From an uncultured Phycisphaerales bacterium (lineage in GTDB: Bacteria > Planctomycetota > Phycisphaerae > Sedimentisphaerales > Anaerobacaceae), in the NCBI GenBank assembly GCA_963718665.1, contig OY970359.1, positions 480,001-544,000 of the forward strand: 64,000 nt of DNA, written 5' to 3'. Under the pieces are notes generated by a model. It had not been told where the DNA came from. It saw only the letters and a list, made by a program, of their open reading frames with translations, and ran no database searches. Of this stretch, positions 58,322 through 64,000 are shown piece by piece. The position numbers and the translations under genes are program-made. Numbering within the stretch: the first letter of the stretch is position 1; the number at the start of each line of letters is the position of its first letter.

Positions 58322-59662
58322 TTAAATACTCGCCAGAAAATCCTTCAGTGGAATTGTTTTTTGATTGCCGCTTGCCATATCTTTCACAACTATGTTGCCC
58401 GCCTTGAACTCATCGCCAATTATTACGCAGTATTTAGCGTTCTGCTCCGAGGCGCGTTTAAGTTGCTTAGATAAATTCATGGATTGATCAACAGGGAAAC
58501 CCAAGAGGGATGAGCGAATGGAGACACCCGGAGGTACGGCTTGATAGGAAAGATTCGATATGATTTTCTGCTCCCTTAATTTGGCCGTTAGTTTTACGGC
58601 TTCTTTCCATCCCCAGAAGTTTGTAATCGCAACAAAATAATCGAGTGACTTGGAAGGAATTTTATTGTCGAGCAGTCCCTTTTCACGCAGCAGTATTTCA
58701 AGAATACAGTCCCCCATACCCATACCGGTTGCTGAAACAGTCGGCCCGCCAAAGTCACGCAAAAGATTATCGTATCGCCCCCCGCCGCAAATCGCGCGAA
58801 GGTCACCCTGAATATCATGCACCTCAAAGACAATGCCGGTGTAATAGGCTAGACCTCGGACAATACTTAGGTCAAGGATACAATATTCTTTGATACCCAT
58901 TAAATCTAAGTATTCCCAACAATCTGCAATATCGCCTATGGCAGCATCAAGTTCCTTCTCTATTTGAGTACCAAAAGAATTTATAACTTCCTCGAATGTC
59001 TTGTCCATAAAAGCGATAATCTGTTTGGCGAATTCAGAACCAACCTGCTCCGTCAGCATATTCGAAAATACCTCCGGGGGCAGTTTCGCCTTCTTATCCA
59101 ATAGCGCGTAAAGTGGATTCAGTTTCTCATCGGGAACGCCGATTTTTTTCAAAACCGCAGCTAAAAGTTTCCTGCTGGATATTTTTACTTTTATATCCTT
59201 GGGCGTAAGGCCGACTCCACGCAGGTAATCAACCGTCGTAAAAATTACTTCCGCATCCGCCAGCACACTGTCTTCGCCGATGATATCGATATTCCACTGG
59301 AAAAATTCGCGGAGGCGCCCCTTCTGAGGCCTTTCCGCCCTGCATAATCGAGGAACGGAAAACCACTTTATCGGCTTGGGCAATGCGTTGATTTTCTGGT
59401 TGACCATTCTCGCTAAGGTCGGCGTTATTTCGGGCCTGATTGCCAAATCCCGCTCGCCGCGGTCTTTGAAACTAAACAGTTGCTCGACGATTTCCTCGCC
59501 GCTTTTGATTTTGTACATATCGAGGTATTCGAAAATCGGCCCGTCATATTCCTCGAAGCCATTGCGAATCGAGGCCTTCTTCCAGCCATCCACAATCCAG
59601 TTATGGACGGCCATTTCCTCAGGATAAAAATCTCGCGTCCCTTTTACAGGCGGTATCTTCAT
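58322..59662 (-). CDS. hisS: Histidine--tRNA ligase
   Basis: KGTRDF, RPEITP, RAERPQKGRLREF.Q, RGLAYYTG, GGGRYD. Confidence 0.96.
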   Translation of the reverse strand: MKIPPVKGTRDFYPEEMAVHNWIVDGWKKASIRNGFEEYDGPIFEYLDMYKIKSGEEIVEQLFSFKDRGERDLAIRPEITPTLARMVNQKINALPKPIKWFSVPRLCRAERPQKGRLREFFQWNIDIIGEDSVLADAEVIFTTVDYLRGVGLTPKDIKVKISSRKLLAAVLKKIGVPDEKLNPLYALLDKKAKLPPEVFSNMLTEQVGSEFAKQIIAFMDKTFEEVINSFGTQIEKELDAAIGDIADCWEYLDLMGIKEYCILDLSIVRGLAYYTGIVFEVHDIQGDLRAICGGGRYDNLLRDFGGPTVSATGMGMGDCILEILLREKGLLDNKIPSKSLDYFVAITNFWGWKEAVKLTAKLREQKIISNLSYQAVPPGVSIRSSLLGFPVDQSMNLSKQLKRASEQNAKYCVIIGDEFKAGNIVVKDMASGNQKTIPLKDFLASI

Positions 59663-59754
59663 TGTCCTTCGTCCTTAACGCTACACTTTTGGCGCCAAAT
59701 ACTATATGCTATACGAATCCCAGCGTCAAGAAATGCAGAGCAAAAGGAAACCAG

Positions 59755-60555
59755 ATGCCGAAAAATGAAATTGAGATAATTTACGAAGACGCCAACATAA
59801 TAGTCATAAATAAGCCCGCGGGCGTATCGGTTACAAATGACCGTTCGGGCAAACCACAGCTCACAGACCTTCTCGCCAAGCAGTTGGGCAAGGAGATGAC
59901 CGCTAAGCTGCGTCTCGTTCACCGTCTCGACAAGGACACCTCAGGCGTGATGATTCTCGCCCTGAACCGGGCCGCCCAGAGACAATTCGCGGATTATTTT
60001 TTCAATCGAACCGTCAAAAAAACATACCTCACACTCGTCAAAGGCGCGGTCCTTGACCCGGAAGGCGTCGTAGATGCCCCCATCGCCCCCTGCAAAAAAA
60101 AGCCCGACCTTATGATAATCGACCACAGGGGCGGCAAGGAATCCGTAACCAACTGGCGACTACTCGCGAACTTTGGCCTCGTATCGCTGCTCGCCGCCAC
60201 CCCGCTGACGGGCAGAACGCACCAGATTCGCGTGCATCTTGCCAGCATAGGCCTGCCCTTAGCCATCGATCCCCTATATGCAACCAGATCGCCGATTATG
60301 CTCTCAGAATTCAAAAGAGATTACCGCTTAGGCAAATTCCAGGAAGAAAAACCCCTCATCGAACGGCTCACCCTCCACGCATATCAGCTTGTCATTCCTG
60401 CGGAAGTAGGAATCCAGAATAACTGTTTCATTGCCAAGCTCGACAAAAAATTCACCGCGACAATAAAAATGCTCACCAAGCACAACCCCAAAGGCCCATC
60501 GGCCTTCTTCAATCCCACCGACTTCGACAGAATACTCGCAGGCCTGGCGATTTAG
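59755..60555 (+). CDS. RluA-family pseudouridine synthase
   Basis: NKPAG, HRLDKDTSG, TGRTHQIRVH, LHA. Start moved to MPKNE. Confidence 0.92.
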   Translation: MPKNEIEIIYEDANIIVINKPAGVSVTNDRSGKPQLTDLLAKQLGKEMTAKLRLVHRLDKDTSGVMILALNRAAQRQFADYFFNRTVKKTYLTLVKGAVLDPEGVVDAPIAPCKKKPDLMIIDHRGGKESVTNWRLLANFGLVSLLAATPLTGRTHQIRVHLASIGLPLAIDPLYATRSPIMLSEFKRDYRLGKFQEEKPLIERLTLHAYQLVIPAEVGIQNNCFIAKLDKKFTATIKMLTKHNPKGPSAFFNPTDFDRILAGLAI

Positions 60556-61085
60556 TAGAAGAAATTCTTTATCACCGGAAATGATTTGAAAAATTCAAAC
60601 GCCGGCTCATCCCTGCGAGTTATCGACAAAACATTTTCACCGAAGCCGACCTGCGCAAGGACATATCTACCAAACGCCAATTGCCCCATAGCAACCTGGC
60701 CGACGGCTAATTGTCCCAGGCCAAAGTAAACGCCTATGGCCGCCTGCCCTATTGTGGCAAGACCAATCGATAATTGCCCCAGGCCGAACAGAAAACCAAT
60801 CGCTAATTGTCCTATCGCGAGCAATCCGATTGACACCTGACCGATTGCGACAATGCCGCACGCGATTCGCCCGACGGCGATTACGCCCTTGGCACAGACC
60901 CGCCTTCCTGTTTCCGGGTTTCTGCCGTATGTGTAATGTATCAGCGGCAAACCAAGCAATCCAATGTGCGATTTGAACTCGTGAAAGCTCGTCCCATTCT
61001 CATAACCATACCGCATCCACGTCCCCATCGCCGTCTCTTCAATTTTATATTCTATCTTCTCAAGAAACGTATTGGGCATACTCAA
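60552..61085 (-). CDS. Hypothetical membrane protein with Gly-rich (IAIGQLAIG) repeats
   Basis: GLPLIH...AKGVIAVG followed by repeated GQxxxG units. Confidence 0.75.
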   Translation of the reverse strand: MSMPNTFLEKIEYKIEETAMGTWMRYGYENGTSFHEFKSHIGLLGLPLIHYTYGRNPETGRRVCAKGVIAVGRIACGIVAIGQVSIGLLAIGQLAIGFLFGLGQLSIGLATIGQAAIGVYFGLGQLAVGQVAMGQLAFGRYVLAQVGFGENVLSITRRDEPAFEFFKSFPVIKNFFY

Positions 61086-61094
61086 CTCTCCTGA

Positions 61095-61823
61095 TTATTG
61101 TGTCTGATTCTGTTGTGCTGCCAATATCGCGGCAAACGCAATAGCCGCGGTTTCGGTGCGAAGAATTGTATCTGATAATCGTACAAATTGAACGCCCCTG
61201 CTCCTCAAAAACGCTTCCTCGTTTTCCGTGAAGCCCCCTTCCGGACCAATCAAGGCAGCAACATCGTTTGAGCCAAAAGATTGCCCGGCTAATGATGGGC
61301 AATCATTCGACATACCTCCCGCGAGAATCCGGCAGTTTGGGCTGTCTTCTTTTATCGCTTCGATACAATACTGCGAATTCATCGGCGGGTCAATCTGGGG
61401 CAAAAATAATCGCTTGCACTGCTTACCCGCCGAGATTGCCAGGTTCATCCACCGGTCGAGCGCCTTCGGGTTGGCCGGCTGCCTCACCGTTCGCTCGAAA
61501 ATCACCGGGCATATCCGCTCAACGCCCAATTCCGTACATTTTTCAATCAGCCAGTCGAATCGCTCGCCCTTGGGAACGCTCACCGCAATAATAATACGCC
61601 GCGACTTCGGCATTTCGCTTCGCCGGACGTCCTCGATTTCGAGGGTAACGATATTCTTCCTTATTCCCGATATTACCGCCGTCGCCAGCCCGCCCAAGCC
61701 GTCGAAAAGCTCAACTTTATCCCCCGCATTCAGCCGCAATACCGCCAAGTGATGCGCCTCCGTTCCCTCAAGCTCAACTCTCGGCCCATCTATCGAATCG
61801 CAATAAAATCGATGTAATCCCAT
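61095..61823 (-). CDS. rsmE: 16S rRNA m3U1498 methyltransferase
   Basis: HL.VLR, EKCTELG, Q.KR, IGPEGGF, ILRTETA. Confidence 0.94.
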   Translation of the reverse strand: MGLHRFYCDSIDGPRVELEGTEAHHLAVLRLNAGDKVELFDGLGGLATAVISGIRKNIVTLEIEDVRRSEMPKSRRIIIAVSVPKGERFDWLIEKCTELGVERICPVIFERTVRQPANPKALDRWMNLAISAGKQCKRLFLPQIDPPMNSQYCIEAIKEDSPNCRILAGGMSNDCPSLAGQSFGSNDVAALIGPEGGFTENEEAFLRSRGVQFVRLSDTILRTETAAIAFAAILAAQQNQTQ

Positions 61824-61905
61824 AATCGACTCACGCCCGCAAATAACATAATTGACTATCTTCCACGGAATTTATAAACTACGGTCTTTAACGGGAAAAT
61901 GCAAT

Positions 61906-63228
61906 ATGCAGGAAAAGAATATAAAAATCGGTCTTGTGGGCTTCGGCACCGTCGGTGCCGGCGTCGCCAAAATCATCCTCGAAAATGCAAACGCTATCGC
62001 CGCCAAAACCGGCCTGCGTCTGGAGCTTGCCTGCGTGGTCGATGCCGACCTCAAAAGGCCCCGCCCGGTCAAGCTGCCCGATGGCCTTCTCACTAACGAC
62101 CTCAACCGGCTCCTCAACGATAAATCAATCTCAATCGGCGTTGAACTCGTAGGCGGAACCAAAATCGCAAAGGATATTCAGCTAAAAATGCTCGCCGCGG
62201 GTAAACACGTCGTTACCGCAAATAAGGCGTTATTGGCCGAACACGGCGCAGAGCTTTACGCAGCCGCCCATAAAAATGACCGCTGCATCGCCTTCGAGGC
62301 AAGTTGTGCGGGCGGAATACCCATCATTTCAGGCATACGAACCGGCTTAGCCGCCAACGACATCAAGGCAATGTATGGCATCGTAAACGGAACCTGCAAT
62401 TACATACTTTCAAATATGACCTCCAAAGGCGCCGATTTCGCAGATGCGCTCGCCCAGGCACAGCAAAAGGGCTACGCCGAAGCCGATCCCACCCTCGATA
62501 TCTCAGGCGGCGACAGCGCACACAAGCTCGCAATCCTCGCCTCAATCGCCTTCGGCTCCTCAATCGAAATGAAAGATATTTACGTCGAAGGCATACAACA
62601 CATCTCCAAAGACGACGTACGATTCGGCGGCGAAATGGGTTATTGTTTAAAACTGCTGGCAATAGCGGAAAAGAATGATAAAGGCCGAATTTCCCTCCGC
62701 GTACATCCGTCGTTTATCAGCAAAGAAAACCATCTCGCCAAGGTTGACGGCTCATTCAACGCCTTAAGCATCTTCGGCCACGCAGTCGGCAACGTTATGT
62801 TCTATGGCCGCGGCGCGGGTATGATGCCCACCGCCAGCGCGATTGTCGCCGACATAATCGAAGTCGCTCTCGGCAATTCCGCGACCACCTTCAAAAATCT
62901 CAATCTTAAGCCGCACGCCGAAATAGCGGGCTCGATTGATAAAATCGATAACCTCGTCAGCCGGTTCTACATCCGCTTAATGGTCAAGGACCAGCCCGGC
63001 GTCTTCGCGCAGATCGGCAAAGTCCTCGCCGACAACGCCATCAGCATTTCAGGCGTCCTCCAGCACGAAGCCACCGGCCAAGACAATACCGTCCCCGTCG
63101 TGGTTACCACTCATCCGAACAGACAGGATAAAATCACCGCCACCCTCAAAGGCCTTGCCGACCTCAAAGCCGTCTGCGACAAACCCGTCTGTATCCGCAT
63201 CGTCGATATACCTGAGGATAAGGAATAA
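61906..63228 (+). CDS. hom: Homoserine dehydrogenase with ACT domain
   Basis: GFGTVG, VVTANKA, EASCAGGIP, NGTCNYIL, GYAEADP, DQPGV. Start moved to MQEKN. Confidence 0.95.
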   Translation: MQEKNIKIGLVGFGTVGAGVAKIILENANAIAAKTGLRLELACVVDADLKRPRPVKLPDGLLTNDLNRLLNDKSISIGVELVGGTKIAKDIQLKMLAAGKHVVTANKALLAEHGAELYAAAHKNDRCIAFEASCAGGIPIISGIRTGLAANDIKAMYGIVNGTCNYILSNMTSKGADFADALAQAQQKGYAEADPTLDISGGDSAHKLAILASIAFGSSIEMKDIYVEGIQHISKDDVRFGGEMGYCLKLLAIAEKNDKGRISLRVHPSFISKENHLAKVDGSFNALSIFGHAVGNVMFYGRGAGMMPTASAIVADIIEVALGNSATTFKNLNLKPHAEIAGSIDKIDNLVSRFYIRLMVKDQPGVFAQIGKVLADNAISISGVLQHEATGQDNTVPVVVTTHPNRQDKITATLKGLADLKAVCDKPVCIRIVDIPEDKE

Positions 63229-63298
63229 TCTCTTTCCTTATCCACCCGCCTGTCCCCGAGAAGTCGCTCCTTTGGCTCTGCAACAGGGGAACCAGAAA

Positions 63299-63592
63299 TT
63301 ATTGTCTTATTATTTCACCGAACAAATCTGCCCATTCCGGATTTCGTTTTTCGATCAGTTGTATTTTCCATTCGCGCCGCCATCTTTTCACCTGTTTTTC
63401 TCTCCATACCGCTTCTTCCATACTCCTGTGCTTTTCAAAATATACGAGTTTCTTAACGTCATATTTCGCTGCGAACTGATTCGCTCGCTTATCTTTGTGT
63501 CTAACCATTCTTTTTTTCAAATCCTTCGTCATCCCGGCGTACAGCGTTCCGTTACGCGCGCTTGCCAGTATATACACATAGTATTCTTGCAT
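63299..63592 (-). CDS. Standalone GIY-YIG nuclease (UPF0213/YhbQ-like)
   Basis: YYVYILAS.RNGTLY.G.T..L..R..H, LVYFE, REKQ.K.W.R.WK..LIE..NP.W.DL. Confidence 0.9.
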   Translation of the reverse strand: MQEYYVYILASARNGTLYAGMTKDLKKRMVRHKDKRANQFAAKYDVKKLVYFEKHRSMEEAVWREKQVKRWRREWKIQLIEKRNPEWADLFGEIIRQ

Positions 63593-64000
63593 AATGGCCA
63601 TTATACACATTTTCCCCCCATCCCAAAAATCCTTGTCTTCTTTACCAGTTTGACGTGCCCCGCCAGACCGCTTTTGCTAAACCACGATGAGCGAACCAAG
63701 GGCGAGAGAGTTAGTCCCTCCTGTCTCGAAATAAAGTAATGTTAATATAGATAAAAAAGTTGGTGTCAGGTTCTGTCAGTCCTTGTAAAATAGGTAAAGT
63801 TCTGGTAAACTACATTATGGAGTAGGGTGCAGTATTTGAAGCTTTTTGGAAGGCCACCGGGCCGGCTTTAGGGTGTGGGGTCGGTTCCGGCGCCTTCTTT
63901 CAAAGAAAAATAGCTGGCCGGTTTATCTCCTGCAAAATTCAATTCTGCTTTATCAGGTAGTCCATAACAGTATTAATTATCCTCTCAAACTGGTCCCGGT

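Noticed and set aside
63620..64000. Possible ncRNA or hairpins after the GIY-YIG gene
   Set aside because: There is only one GC-rich imperfect hairpin (about 63852-63894), and the context is truncated by the window edge, so support is insufficient.

Overview
This is 64 kb of ordinary bacterial chromosome. A PEP-CTERM gene, a HYExAFE gene, kdsA/lptB and HEAT-repeat lipoproteins suggest a Gram-negative planctomycete such as Phycisphaerae, but that assignment is an inference. Most of the window is housekeeping: xerC, kdsA, leuS, priA, gpsA, hisC-hisB-ispF-cysS-ruvCAB, tilS, rsmB-fmt-def-lptB, yidC-mnmE, rpoN, arginine decarboxylase-speB, cca, rsmD, hisS, rluA, rsmE and hom. It also has tRNA-Pro(CGG), tRNA-Val(GAC) and an arsR-arsP-trx-trx-ccdA-acr3 cluster. 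An accessory hotspot at about 16.5-24.6 kb holds an AT-rich cassette whose nuclease-like ORF is split by one in-frame TAA, a complete -1-frameshifted IS with terminal repeats, and a free-standing HNH-AP2 gene. The most striking unexplained layer is non-coding. Several families of dispersed palindromes and 7/9-mer arrays occur throughout; some are inserted in frame in hisC, rluA and priA, and others supply the stop codons of ruvC and rsmD. A standalone GIY-YIG nuclease is a candidate mobiliser. Other oddities are a 45-bp repeat array beside tRNA-Val that mirrors the tRNA's own 3' end, AT-rich divergent patches in three aminoacyl-tRNA synthetases, and several long RNA-like hairpins. All calls are from reading the sequence by eye; no searches or folding programs were run.
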